Shown here: one piece after another, positions 12,305 to 23,429 of the stretch | How positions within the stretch are numbered: position 1 is the first letter of the stretch | Layout: each line of letters begins with the position of its first letter | From: Hyaloraphidium curvatum SAG 235-1 | Taxonomy: Eukaryota; Fungi; Monoblepharomycota | Direction: 5' to 3' | DNA length: 64,000 nucleotides | Assembly: GCA_025558095.1 (NCBI GenBank) | Contig: JAIVFI010000009.1 | Span: 186,001-250,000, forward strand | The notes under the pieces: generated by a model | Seen by the model: the letters and a program-made list of their open reading frames with translations, nothing else | Told to the model about the DNA's origin: nothing | Databases searched by the model: none | Program-made: the position numbers and the translations under genes

Positions 12305-12915
12305 CGCCGTTGCCCAGCGGTGTCCGCGACAGAGAAGAGTCTGGGCATTTCAGAATAGGGCCCGCTTCTTATAGCTGGAATGGGAACGAGAGACGCCCGT
12401 GGAGACACTTGGCTGGGTTCCCGGCCGGAACTCGCCCCGACTGCCGCTGCACAGCCTTGCCCATTCGGCACCACTTTCACGCACGATACAAACCCAGGTG
12501 TGCACTTCGCGGCGGCCCAAGAAAGGTCTCTCCCATCACCGGCAGGTAATGGTGCAAGGCGCGCCCTGGCGACCGACGTACATCGTCCTCACGTGAATTC
12601 GCCACCACTCTGTACTACGGGCGGAGACCGCCTCCATACCCATATCGGGCAGAAAAAGAAAGGCCAGACCACCGGCCGTAGCAGGCGGCTTCCGACCGGA
12701 TTATCCCTACCGCCATAAGCTGGGCCGGCCCGGTGCCACTCGGCGCGGTTCTTCCGCCTTCCTTTCGAGTCCCCACCCCAATCGGACCCCGCGAGTGCAG
12801 GCTGTCAGCGCCACAATCCACTGCGGAAGAGCGAACGGAAGATTCTTGAGTGGTTATCTACAACATCCTTGGAAATCCCTGGGTACCCGACGGTATCGCC
12901 CCCTCTTCTCCCCGC

Positions 12916-14456
12916 CTACTTGCCGACCTCAAAGTCCGCCGCCGGCATCGACACCTTGCACAGCCTCGCCACGAGCCCCGTCAGCTGCAGCAGCGACCCC
13001 GTCCCCTCGAGCACCCTCATGTGCGTCAGCCCGATCTCCTGCACCGCCCATCAGCACCACTTCTTCCCGCAACACCGGCGCGGCGCGGGGGAAAACCCAC
13101 CCTGATGAACTCGAGCTTCAGGTACTCGGGAATGTTGCCGTACGCCTTGACGACCTTGAACAGCGTCCCGACCAGGTCCACGGACGAGTACCCCTGCGCC
13201 GCCAGCGCGCGGATCACGTCCACGGCCTGGTCGACCTTGGCGTCGAGGCACATGCCGATGCACTGCTGTATCGCGAGGGGGTGCGGCTGGTCGCAGACCT
13301 GGCATCGCGAGGGGGTTCAGCACGGGCGCGGAGGGCGGGGGAGCGGAAGGGGACCTTGAAGACGTAGTCGGGGGTGACCATCCCGAACCCGCTGAAGGTG
13401 GACTGCAGGTTGTTCACCGCCTGCCGCATGTCCCCCTCGGCCGTGAAGATGAGCGCCTCGAGCCCCTCGGGGGTGTACTTGACCCCTTCGAACGCGCAGA
13501 TCTCGGTCAGGCGCTTGGCGAGCTGCTTGTCCGACAGCCGGCCGTAGCGCAGGATGGCGCAGCGGGACTGGATGGGCTCGATGATCTTGGAGGAGAGGTT
13601 GCAGGCGAGGGCGAAGCGGGTGGTGGAGGAGTAGAGCTCCATGGTGCGGCGGAGGGCCTGCTGCGCGCCAGAGGTCATGCTGGGGGGAGGGTGGCACGTC
13701 AGGACACGGGAAGCCGGGGAAGGGAGGGTAACACCTGTCGGCTTCGTCGAGGATGACGATCTTGTGCCGCCCCGCCGGGAGGGTGACCTTGCGCTGGGCA
13801 AACATCTTGATCTTGTTCCGGACCACGTCGATGCCTCTAATTGCGCCAACAGCAATGTCATTGAGTCACCGGACGAAGCCAGAGACACGGCAAACGACCC
13901 ACCGGTCGTCCGACGCGTTCAGCTCAATCACCGCGTCCCGGTACGCCGGTCCGAGAAGCTCGTGGGCCAGGCAGAGAATGCTGGTGGTCTTGCCAATACC
14001 CGGCGGGCCCTGAAAGAACAGGAGCGTTTCGGCTCAGCGACTGTCCCGCCGTTCCCGCGGGGAGGGAAACGAGCGCCCACCGAAATGATGATGTTGGGCA
14101 TGTTGCCGTCCTTGGCAATGACCTGCAGCCGCGACACGGTCTCCTCGTTGCCGACAATGTCCTTGAGCAGCACCGGCCGGTACTTTTCGACCCTGTTCCC
14201 CGCGAACGGTCGGTCCGATGCGTATGGTCCAAGTTGGCGGATTTCCCGCCCGTCAGCCGCGTCCTGCCCACGTCGCCGCGTCCACGCACCAGGGCAGCTC
14301 GTACCCCTCCGCGGCGGGCTTCGCCGGGCCGGCCTCGCCGACCATGCCGCCCTTCCCCGGCGGCGGCGCCATCGGCTCGTCGTCGTCCGAGTCGGGAACC
14401 GCGCGCGGCCGCCCGGGCCGGGCGATGCGCGGCTCGTCGTCGCTGTCGATCTCCAT
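12916..14456 (-). CDS. RFC2: Replication factor C small subunit (human RFC2 / yeast Rfc4 orthologue), 6 introns
   Basis: [55 protein letters not shown] motifs. Confidence 0.95.
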
Positions 14457-14550
14457 CGCGGGACGCGGAGGCGGACGCGGCGGAGGGGGCGGAAAGGGGG
14501 CGGGCGGTCGAGGTGGAATGCGACGGCCGTCCCGCTTCCGCACCGAAACG

Positions 14551-15429
14551 ATGCCGCCTCTCGCCACCCTCTCGGACCGGGCGCGCGTGGCAGCGGCAAA
14601 CAAGGCGCGTTTTCGACGTCCACTGAACGCGTTTCCGGGGCTCAATTCGCGTCCAGGTGCCGGCAGGCGACCTGCTGCCCTCGGACTTGGAGCACCCCGA
14701 GTTTTCCCTGGAAGCCTACGAAGCCGCGTCGCTCCCGCCCGAACTATCCGAGTGGTGTTTCAACCTCGTCCGTGACAACATGCGGGACACGTGAGTTGGC
14801 CCCCTTTTCCGTCTCGGCACCATCGAACACCTTTGCCAAGGTACATCGCAGCCAGCTGGCCCTGGGACGACGCCGAGAAGCGCAAGGAGATGGCCGAGCC
14901 CGGTGGGCGCTACTTTGTCGCCCGCCCCCGCGGAGGCGGGGATCCGGCTGGCATGGTGTACTTCCAGTTCCTCATGGAGGACGACGGGGACCGGGACGAC
15001 GGGAAGCAGCTCTGCGCGGCCTACTGGTGGGCTCCCATGCCCGGCTCCGACGGCGTGGGGCTGACGGAGAGCGTTTGAGCTATGAGATACAGCTGGTGCG
15101 GGGGGTTCGGGGGCGCGGACTCGGGACGCTGCTGATGGGGCTGCTCGAGTCGGCCGGGAAACAGTACGGCATGAAAAAGTGCATGCTGACGGTGCTGCGG
15201 GGTGGGTTCCCTCGTCCTGCTTTGCAATGCTTCGCGCTCACGGGACGGCAGCCAACAAGCAGGCCGTTTCGTTCTACCAGAAGCTCGGGTTGGTGTCTTT
15301 TCGAGACCAACAAAGCCTCCGTTCATCGCGCCTTCCAGGTACAAGATCGACCCCATCTCCCCCTCCAAATGCCTCCCCAAGCACAAGTGGAAGAAAATCC
15401 CCTACGAGATCATGTCCAAGCCCCTCTGA
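14551..15429 (+). CDS. NAA40: N-alpha-acetyltransferase 40 (NatD), 5 introns
   Basis: RVAAANK...[37 protein letters not shown]...[39 protein letters not shown]. Confidence 0.9.
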
Positions 15430-16274
15430 GCCCTCTCCCTCCGGAGCTCCTCGTGCGAGCCCCCAAGGGACAGCAGCCTCCCCCGTATCTCCCCCGCGCG
15501 CGCGGCGCAACCCGGCATGCCGAGCTCCCCCGCCGACGCCGCGGCGAGATGCATGAGATCGGCCAGTTCGAGGACGTCGTACTCGTCCGCGCTGCCCTCG
15601 AGCGATTCCGCGAAGCCCGGGGGGAGCACGACCGCCGCCGCCGCCTCGACCGCGGCAGCCAGCGCCTCCCTCCCCTCCTCCTCACCCAGCGGCTCAACCG
15701 GGCCGCCGATCAGCACCTCTGGAGCCGTGCGCGCCCACTTCTCCGCCGCCGGGCACCCCAACCGTACCAGCACCCCCCTCGTCGCCTTCATCGCCGCCCG
15801 CACGAACATATAGTACGACGGGCGCACGCCCATCTCGACCCCCGCGGGCCACTCGGCCAGCGCGGCGACGAGCGACGCCCATTCCCGCGCGCCCGGCGCG
15901 CCGCGGGGCCAGGGGGGCCCGGAGCCGAGCAGCGAGTTGAGCGTCGCGGTGGCCGCCGCCGCGTGCGCCGTATACACCGCTTCCCGCGGCATCCCGGCGG
16001 CGAGCTCGTCGCACGCGGCGGCTAGCGCCGTCCGGAGCGGGGCGTGGTTCGGGACCGCGTGGAAGCGCCGCACGAGGAACCGCAGCGCGTCCTCCCGCCA
16101 TTGCGGGTCGGCGAGCAGCGCGGGAACGGCCTCCGCGGCGCGCACGCGGGCGTCGAGGTCCGTGGGGTCGGGTGCCGGCGGCCAGGGAACGGCCAGGGCG
16201 CGGAGGTGCGGCACGGCGGGGGAGGTGGGAGGCAGCGCGGCGAGGAGGGCCTCGAGGGGGTCGGGGAGGGACAT
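15402..16274 (-). CDS. Hypothetical helical protein (290 aa)
   Basis: Uninterrupted ATG-initiated ORF with high GC3 and amphipathic helices; no recognised motif. Confidence 0.6.
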   Translation of the reverse strand: MSLPDPLEALLAALPPTSPAVPHLRALAVPWPPAPDPTDLDARVRAAEAVPALLADPQWREDALRFLVRRFHAVPNHAPLRTALAAACDELAAGMPREAVYTAHAAAATATLNSLLGSGPPWPRGAPGAREWASLVAALAEWPAGVEMGVRPSYYMFVRAAMKATRGVLVRLGCPAAEKWARTAPEVLIGGPVEPLGEEEGREALAAAVEAAAAVVLPPGFAESLEGSADEYDVLELADLMHLAAASAGELGMPGCAARAGEIRGRLLSLGGSHEELRRERAQRGLDMIS

Positions 16275-16526
16275 GTGCAGGGCGAAATGGGAATGAATTC
16301 GCGATGTGCCGATTCCGGAGGGTTTCGGGCGGGATTCGGGGCGTCAGATGGCGTTGTCTTCGAGGACGCTGTGAGCGGCGTCGGCGCATCCGGTGAGCGA
16401 TGAGCTGGCGGAGTTCGTGCAAAACGTGCAACCCGGAGGAGTTCCTAGCCAGTGCGGTTACTTACAAGTGCTGCCCGTCCGCGTGGTGGAACAGCCTTCA
16501 ACCTTTCCAATTGCCGCGCGTAGCCA

Positions 16527-17079
16527 TGGACGGGATGGTCCGGGCCGCCGCGGAAGCCGCAGCCTCCAACCTCATGCCCCGCCTCTCGACCTGGAAAGGC
16601 AACACCGAGTTCATCGAGGACTGCGCCCGCTGCATCGGCCAGGTCCTCAAGTCGCTCGACGCGGGGGCCGGTGGCGGAGAGTACCGGGACCTCTACGCCT
16701 CCCTCTCCCGCGGCGACGCCGAATCGGTGTTCCAAAAGCACCCGCACCTGCGCTGGGAATCGCTGCCGGACATCCAGATGACGCCGAGCGAGCTGGTTTT
16801 TGCCGCGACGCCCTTTCACGGGCATGGACCACAAGTTCAGGCCCTTCCTGATGGCCGTCGCGCCGCAACCGAAAGGCCTACGTGTGGTACTTTGCGTACC
16901 TGCTCGTCCACCAGGATGCAGAGAGGCGCGCGGATGTGCCCCGGAGGCTTCTCGGATCGGCGATCCCGAAGGCGGCGGCGTGGGGGGCGTCGCCCGAGGT
17001 TCTGGACAGCATGCAGGCGCTGATCAGCGACGAAAACTTCGTGAAGCTGTTCTTCCCCGACGAAGAGGGCGAGTCCTGA
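16527..17079 (+). pseudogene. Frameshifted paralogue of 17329-17757 (unknown family)
   Basis: Three frames join to give LVFAATPFTGMDHKFRPFLMAVA/RNRKAYVWYFAYLLVHQ...RADVPRRLL...KAAAWGASPEVLD; extra T at ~16816, deletion at ~16863. Confidence 0.7.
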
Positions 17080-17328
17080 CAAGGATCTTGATCTCGAGCG
17101 GCCGTGCGGTGTGACTGAATGCGCCTTTAGTCAGCGACTAGCGGTATTGTGCGGTAGGGTCGGTCATGCGCATCGACATCATATGTGATTGTCCGTCAGA
17201 TAGATTCAAATGTCGTATTGGGCATGTGGCAGCATGCAGGAAGAAAGTTCGTGCTACTGTGCTAGCGGCCGGACCGGTCTGCCGAATCAAAGTTCGGACG
17301 TGTTCGGACCACTCACCAGAACGCAACC

Positions 17329-17757
17329 ATGGAACATCTGACCCACACCATCGTCGAGACCGCCAGGAAGATCCTCACGCCGCAACTTAAGTCCCTGCGG
17401 AAGCTTCCCGTTTCCTGCCAGGAGATGCGGCTCGTCTTCATCGTGGAACCGTTCGTCCTCACCGACGAGGAGTGCGCCCCGTTCTTGAGGGCCGTCGCAG
17501 AATGGATCCGCAAGGACAAGGCCAGCGTGGCCTACCTTGCCTATCTGATCATGCACCAGCGCACGAACGGCCGGGCTGATGTGGCGCGGAACCTGTTGGA
17601 AGCGATCCGGAAGGCCGCGGCGTGGGGCGCACCTTCGGAGGTACTCGACATGATGTTCGAGCTGGGCTCGGACGAGTTCTTCCTCGGCGCCAGAAAGAGA
17701 GAGAGCAGATTGAAGAGAAAGAAAGAAAAGCCACATAAGTTTAGAAAGCTCCTTTAG
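17329..17757 (+). CDS. Hypothetical protein, paralogue of 16527-17079 (possibly itself partial)
   Basis: LVFIVEPF...APFLRAVA...AYLAYLIMHQ...RADVARNLL...KAAAWGAPSEVLD. Confidence 0.55.
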   Translation: MEHLTHTIVETARKILTPQLKSLRKLPVSCQEMRLVFIVEPFVLTDEECAPFLRAVAEWIRKDKASVAYLAYLIMHQRTNGRADVARNLLEAIRKAAAWGAPSEVLDMMFELGSDEFFLGARKRESRLKRKKEKPHKFRKLL

Positions 17758-17773
17758 GCCTTTTCTTCGCGAT

Positions 17774-18570
17774 CTACCCCTCGCAAATGGTGCCGAGTCC
17801 GACCAAACCCCCAGCCCCCTGAAGATGCTCCACAGCCCCACCAGGATGGTGACCGAAGTCACCACGATCGTCCTCACGACCCCGAAATCCACCACGATGC
17901 CCCCGAACCGCCCGCGGTACCTGTCGCTCTCGAGGAAGCTCCCCAGCACGGCGTCGTGCAGCCGCAGGCCCTTTTCCCCCGCGGGGTTGGACTTGCCGGC
18001 CATGTGGGCCTCGTACAGGAGCTCCCGGATCTCGAGCTGCCCGGCGTGGTAGAGGGCGCGCACGTCCGAGACGCCCGAGTTGGAGGCGGCGAGGTTGGTC
18101 ATGTCCAGGAGCACAAGCAGAACGATGTAGATGAGGTAGGTGACGTTGGGCAGGGGGATGCACCGCTGGACGATCTGTGAGGGCGCTGACTTTAGGCACT
18201 GCTGCTGCGCTAACCTGCGGGACAGCACATGCCGAACTTTCCAACCCACCATTGTCACCAGTATCGCGGTAGCGACGATGGCGGAAGAGAGGATGAGCGG
18301 CGGAGACATGTTGAAGGTCGATATCCGGCTCTGCCAGACCCCCGTGAGGACCGAGTGGAGCTCCATGTACGTCTCACGCTTGTCGCCGTTGTCCGGCTTC
18401 GGCGCCGCCTCCAGCAGGAACGTGCGGTTCCGCGGGAGCATGGATGACAGGGCGCCGGCGACGGCCCGGTGGTGCAGCCTCCTCGAGAGCTCGAGCAGCG
18501 CGATCGACCCGCTGAACCTGCCCACGGTGGGTGGCACCATGAAGCCCGCGCAGATGGCGTGCGCCTTGGC
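17774..18570 (-). pseudogene. 5'-truncated member of the 7TM receptor/channel-like family (end of TM4 to TM7)
   Basis: Aligns to 38472-40003 (LSRRLHHRAV/LSNRVQERAV; ELHSVL/DLHSTL; CIP; LAASN/LATSN; TM7); in-frame intron 18175-18249; 1-nt frameshift at ~17803. Confidence 0.75.
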
Positions 18571-18912
18571 ACTACTTGTCCGCGCGTTAAAACAAGGCGC
18601 CACAGCAAGACCTCGATAACCACCTTATTTGGGTTGAGCTAGATGGAACTCTCCAAACCTTCCACGGCCGGGATTCTGACGAGGCACGATAGCCGGGTCA
18701 TGGCATGACCTGGAGAGGGATTAAGGGCCACAAGCGCGCCGATTCCGCGAAAAGACAATCTACTCGACGACTTGAGACTCCTCGATCTGGCCGCTTGCCT
18801 CTCGCGGCGCTTCCTTGGCTATGGGCGGGGAAGTGATCGGTGGGCGGAGTCGCGGCGTTGAGCACCCCCAAACAAAGCCCGAAGCTCGACTCCCCCAGAG
18901 CCCGCCGGGGCC

Positions 18913-21612
18913 ATGCTCCAGGCCATGGACGCCCTCAGCGTGTCGCCGCTGTCCGCCGTGTCGGGCTCGTCTGCGTCGCCGGCGTCGGCGGGCTCGCGCA
19001 TGACGGGCGCGTGGTTCGCCGAGCCGCTGTCGGTGCCGGCCGGGCCGCCGTGCGCGCTGAGCGCCGGCGGCGCCCCGTGGGAGCTGTGGGCTCGCGCGCT
19101 GCCGTACATCGACGACCCGGCTTCCTTTGCCGCCAGCTGCAGGCTGTTCCGGCGGCTGGCGGGCGACCCGGTGCTGCGGCGGAACTGGTTCGTCGCCCGC
19201 TTCGGCGCCGCGGGGGCGGTCCCGGCGCTGCTGTGGCGGCACCCGCGGCTGTTCACGCCGGCCGTCGGCAAGGCCATCGTCGCCGCCGCACGGAAGCACG
19301 CCGAGAGGCGGGGCTGGGGAACCGCCGTGCCGCGATGGTGGCTCCAGCTCGCGGTGCGGGGCCTGGTCGCCGCCGGATCGGCGCCATCTCCCCGGCTCCT
19401 GGCCAACGGAGTCGCGGACGCCGGGAACCAGGCGGACCAGGAGGTCGACATCGGGCAGCTTGCCCCCGGTGTGGGCGAGGAGTCCCCCGTGGTGCCCGGT
19501 CCTCCCGTGCCCAACAACACCCCGACGGATCCCCAGGCGATTGCCCTTCAGGTCTTCACCGACACCCCTGACAACGACGCAAATGGCCTGAGCCCCATTC
19601 CGCCCCTGATCCCGCTGTCGCCGGTGCTGCTGACCCGGGTCAATGTCGGCGGTGTGGAACCGATCCGGATCAATCTTTCGGGCAAGAAGGCCTCCGCTCT
19701 CCTTACATTCCTGGTCGTGCTGGCCAACGAGGAGTACGGATCCAAGTCGGAGATGACGGGGGACGACTTTGCCGAACTCATGGGAGCTCTTGGCCTGGCG
19801 CCAGAGGCCGACCGGCTCCGTGCCGACCCGGCCAAGTTCGTGTGGCCGATAAGGCTCGAACGGGAAGCCGAAAGCCCGATCGAGGTCCTCGAAGGAGACA
19901 CCGAGGACGACGCCGACATGAACGGGGACATTGGCCTGGCCGGTGTGCAGGCTGCGCCCGCCCAGGCTTTGCCAGCGGCCGCGCCGGCACCAGAAGCGGC
20001 ACTCCCTCCTCCCATCGCCCCACCCCCTCCGGCCCACAAAGTGACCTCGCACCTCCGCCGCCTCTTCGTGCACTACTCCCTGCCGCTCTCCTTCGGCCGC
20101 CTCCCCCTGCTCCCGGTGCACCCCGTCCCCACCCTCTTCCCGCATGGCCGCTTCTCCGAGGCCCCGGACCTGATGCTGCGGACCTGGAACCCGCTCTTCG
20201 AAGCCGCCCTCCGCGACCCCCGCCTGCTCAGCCGCGCCGTCGAGACCGGCCTGGACGCGGGCTACCTCGACGGCGCAGCGTGCGGCGAGATGGTCGCCCG
20301 CCTGGTGCTGCACGTGCGGTGGCGCGCTGAACCGGAGCCCGAGGTCGTCGAGGCCGTGCTGGACGCTTGCCTGCGGAGGCCCGTCCACCGCACGTGGCCT
20401 CGCGAGCCGGTGCTGGACGACGGACAGGTGGCGTGGCTGCTCGAGCGGCTGGACCTGTTCGACGATGAGCTCTGCGCGCCGGCGTGCAGGGACGTTGCGG
20501 CGGCGTGCAGGGTGCAGGACACGGCGCTCGGGGGGCGGGACAAGGACGCGGGGCTGGTGGCGGCGTCGCTGGCGTTCCTGAAGCAGAACCCGACGTCGCT
20601 GTTTGCCCTGTTTGAGCGGTTCAGGGGGCACCTCGCGGCGCCCGCCGCCGCATTGGAGGCGTTCTTCGCCGAGGAGAACATCAGAACCGGGGCTACGAGG
20701 AACAGGTTCGTGACGCCGTTCCAGGTGGCGAGGAAGCTGGCGAGCTACCTGCCCGTCTGGGACGGAATGAGGGAGGTCATGGCCGACTACGTCGGGTCGA
20801 GGTGTGTTGCTCCTCATCATTGGCAGTTTCGACGTCTAACAGCCTGCCTATTTCTCAGATCGACTACGGTCGACATGTTTTCCGCCCTCTTCCCCTTTGC
20901 CGACTCCAACCGCCTCTCTGCCCACCGCGACCTCTTCACCCTCGCCGGCGTCCCCTTTTCCGACGCCATCGTGCTCTACGCCTCGTCCTCCGGTTTTCTC
21001 CGCACCGACCCCCGCTTCCACCGCGACATCGTCACCCGGCGCTGGGCCCCCTTCCTCCCCCCCGGTGGGCCCGAGCGGTGCGCCCGCGGCCTGCTGGCCG
21101 AGATGCGTTCGAGCGTCGAGGACTTTGCCGTGCACGGCCACGGCGAGCCCCGCCCGCTGGGCCTGCTGGGCGAGGTCTCGGTGCTCTTCTACCGCGCGCT
21201 GTCGTACCCCTTCGAGTGGCTCGCCGAGGCGTTCCCCGCGCTCAGGGAAGACGCAGTGGACGTGCTCGTGCGGGCAATTGCGGCGGGCAGCGGGATCGGG
21301 AAGCTCCGGAGCGGGGTGGCCGAGGCCACGGCGTGCCTGCGCAAGTGCTGGGAGACGTCGCCCGGGCTGGTGCTGGATCCGGAGCTGATGCACGCTGCGA
21401 GGCGCACCAGGGCCGCGTTCCCGGAGGACCGCGAGTTTCTGAAGGTGTTTTTCGAGATGGCGAGGGAGAGGGTGCGGTCGTGCGGTGCCGAGGAGAAGGA
21501 CAAGTGGAGGGAGGCGGCAGAGGGGATGGCGAGGGACAAGAGCGGGGAGGGCGGCGGCGCACTTGGGTTTGGGTGGTGGTTGAGCAGCATGCTGTTGCCC
21601 GATCTTCGTTAG
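18913..21612 (+). CDS. Large hypothetical protein with N-terminal F-box-like motif
   Basis: PWELWARALPYIDDPASFAASCRLFRRLAGDPVLRRNWFVARFG; long GC3-rich ORF; probable in-frame intron 20802-20858. Confidence 0.65.
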   Translation: MLQAMDALSVSPLSAVSGSSASPASAGSRMTGAWFAEPLSVPAGPPCALSAGGAPWELWARALPYIDDPASFAASCRLFRRLAGDPVLRRNWFVARFGAAGAVPALLWRHPRLFTPAVGKAIVAAARKHAERRGWGTAVPRWWLQLAVRGLVAAGSAPSPRLLANGVADAGNQADQEVDIGQLAPGVGEESPVVPGPPVPNNTPTDPQAIALQVFTDTPDNDANGLSPIPPLIPLSPVLLTRVNVGGVEPIRINLSGKKASALLTFLVVLANEEYGSKSEMTGDDFAELMGALGLAPEADRLRADPAKFVWPIRLEREAESPIEVLEGDTEDDADMNGDIGLAGVQAAPAQALPAAAPAPEAALPPPIAPPPPAHKVTSHLRRLFVHYSLPLSFGRLPLLPVHPVPTLFPHGRFSEAPDLMLRTWNPLFEAALRDPRLLSRAVETGLDAGYLDGAACGEMVARLVLHVRWRAEPEPEVVEAVLDACLRRPVHRTWPREPVLDDGQVAWLLERLDLFDDELCAPACRDVAAACRVQDTALGGRDKDAGLVAASLAFLKQNPTSLFALFERFRGHLAAPAAALEAFFAEENIRTGATRNRFVTPFQVARKLASYLPVWDGMREVMADYVGSRCVAPHHWQFRRLTACLFLRSTTVDMFSALFPFADSNRLSAHRDLFTLAGVPFSDAIVLYASSSGFLRTDPRFHRDIVTRRWAPFLPPGGPERCARGLLAEMRSSVEDFAVHGHGEPRPLGLLGEVSVLFYRALSYPFEWLAEAFPALREDAVDVLVRAIAAGSGIGKLRSGVAEATACLRKCWETSPGLVLDPELMHAARRTRAAFPEDREFLKVFFEMARERVRSCGAEEKDKWREAAEGMARDKSGEGGGALGFGWWLSSMLLPDLR

Positions 21613-21640
21613 TGCAATGTTCGTTGATTGGATCCGATTA

Positions 21641-21830
21641 GATCTGGAGAGGGTGCCGCAGCTCAAGAAGCTCTACCTCAACGTTGACCCCAGCTTGCCT
21701 CCCGATGGCGAGTTTTGGCGGCACTCGACAAAGGATGTCCTTCACTCGAAGAGCTGATACTGAAACTTAGAGCCGACAACCGACCTCCACAGAGCACGGG
21801 CCGACGATTCGAGAATGCTTGGGGGGGTAA
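21641..21830 (+). pseudogene. LRR gene fragment
   Basis: LERVPQLKKLYLNVD...[fs]LAALDKGCPSLEELILKL; no start codon; runs into a purine-rich tract. Confidence 0.5.
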
Positions 21831-22069
21831 AAAGGAGAGGAGAGGAAGGGGGGAGGAAGAGGGGGCGAGGGGAGGGGAGAATGACGATGGGGCGGTACTG
21901 GAAAACAAGTTGAGGCGGCAATATCGACGAATGAATGCTGGGAGAACCGATTGCTGTTGTTTACGCGTCCGTATCGGCGGCCAGGCCAGCAGGCCACCTT
22001 GCCTCCGTCTGTGTCCTTCGCATAAGCGCGAATCGACACTTCCGAAGGCATCGGATCCGAGTTTTCATC

Positions 22070-23203
22070 ATGGCCTTCCTATCGCGCCTCGCGTCCGCGC
22101 TGGGCTTCTTTGCCCCGGACCAGTCGGCGAAGGAGCCGGACGCCGTCCGCATTGGGATCCTGGGAGCGGCGGAGATCGCCCCCCCCGCTCTTATTTTCCC
22201 GGCCTTGCGCGTGCCTTCGGCAAAGGTGGTCGCCGTCGCCGCGCGGGATGGCGCGCGCGCCGAGAAATACGCGGCCAAGCACGGGATTCCCAAGTCGTAC
22301 GCGTCGTACACGGCTTTGCTCGCCGATCCGGACATCGACGCGGTCTACGTTCCGTCGCCCAACGGCCTGCACTACGCGTGGACGATCAAAGCGCTGCAGG
22401 CCGGCAAACACGTCCTCCTGGAGAAGCCGTTGACTTCCAACGCCGAAGAGGCCCGCGGCCTCGTCGAGGCGGCCACCAAGCACAAGCGCGTGCTCATGGA
22501 GGCCGCCCACTCGTTCCACCACCCCGCCGCCATCCGTGTCCGCGAGATTGTTCGCTCGGGGGAGATCGGCGATGTCGTCAGCATCGATACGGCCTTCGTG
22601 GCACCGCCCTTTAAGGGCGGCGACGACATCCGTTTCAACTGCGGCGGCACGGACGCCAAATTGGCCGGCGGCGCGGCCATGGATCTCGGCTCGTACATGT
22701 GCAACGCCGCGAGGTTTTTCACGGACCAGAAGGCCTCGGCGTGCACTTCGGCGCAGGCCCACGAGATGTTCCCCGGCGTGGACGACAGCATGGCCGCCGA
22801 GCTGGAGCTGTCCAAGGGAGCCAAGGCGCGCGTCGAGTGCGGCTTCGTGGGCAGCATGTTCGGCAAGTACTTCTTCAACGCGACCGCGACCATCAAGGGC
22901 ACCAAGGGCACCGTGACGTACTACAACTACGTCGCACCTTTCGTCTACCACTACATCGCCGTCGCCCCCGAGGGCAAACCCGCGCGGTACGAGAAGCACT
23001 ACGGCGACGGGTCGTCGACGTACAAGTACCAGCTCGAGGAGTTTGTCCGCCGCGTGCGGGAGCAGAAGGAGGGCGGACCCGCGCGGACCGCCTCGGGCGG
23101 CGCGATCGACGATATGGTGGCGGGGATGGAGATGATTGACCTCATCTACGAGAAGAGCGGGCTGGGGAAGCGCGTCGGGTACGGCGTCGACGAGGTCAAG
23201 TGA
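22070..23203 (+). CDS. Gfo/Idh/MocA family NAD(P)-dependent oxidoreductase, intronless
   Basis: RIGILGAAEIA, DPDIDAVYVPSPNGLH, GKHVLLEKP, GGAAMDLGSY. Confidence 0.95.
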   Translation: MAFLSRLASALGFFAPDQSAKEPDAVRIGILGAAEIAPPALIFPALRVPSAKVVAVAARDGARAEKYAAKHGIPKSYASYTALLADPDIDAVYVPSPNGLHYAWTIKALQAGKHVLLEKPLTSNAEEARGLVEAATKHKRVLMEAAHSFHHPAAIRVREIVRSGEIGDVVSIDTAFVAPPFKGGDDIRFNCGGTDAKLAGGAAMDLGSYMCNAARFFTDQKASACTSAQAHEMFPGVDDSMAAELELSKGAKARVECGFVGSMFGKYFFNATATIKGTKGTVTYYNYVAPFVYHYIAVAPEGKPARYEKHYGDGSSTYKYQLEEFVRRVREQKEGGPARTASGGAIDDMVAGMEMIDLIYEKSGLGKRVGYGVDEVK

Positions 23204-23429
23204 CACTGTCAAGCGTAATGTGCATTTGTGCTCCCGTAATCTATCATTCTGCGTGGTATCGGCTTATTTTGTCTAGGAGTTTGCTTTGCGGGTATGTGTT
23301 CGTGGTTCGTTGCGTTTGTGTCTTCTTGATGGTGAGCTGCACATGAAGGAGCGTATCCCGACCAGATCTGCCAGGACTGCAGTCAGTTCCAGCTCGAATT
23401 GCTCATCAGCAACTGTTTGGGAGGCCCAC

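Noticed and set aside
12480-12552. ATTACCTG on the minus strand resembling the U1 snRNA 5' end
   Set aside because: Imperfect match, and no U1 stem-loops or Sm site follow
17287-17773. C-terminal extension of the 438-aa minus ORF
   Set aside because: Read-through after the frameshift into the antisense strand of the 17329-17757 gene
1700-21720. Recurrent 1-nt deficits in short homopolymers (~1712, ~6955, ~17803, ~21713) as programmed frameshifting or RNA editing
   Set aside because: No shared slippery motif or downstream structure; homopolymer consensus errors or ordinary pseudogenisation are simpler explanations
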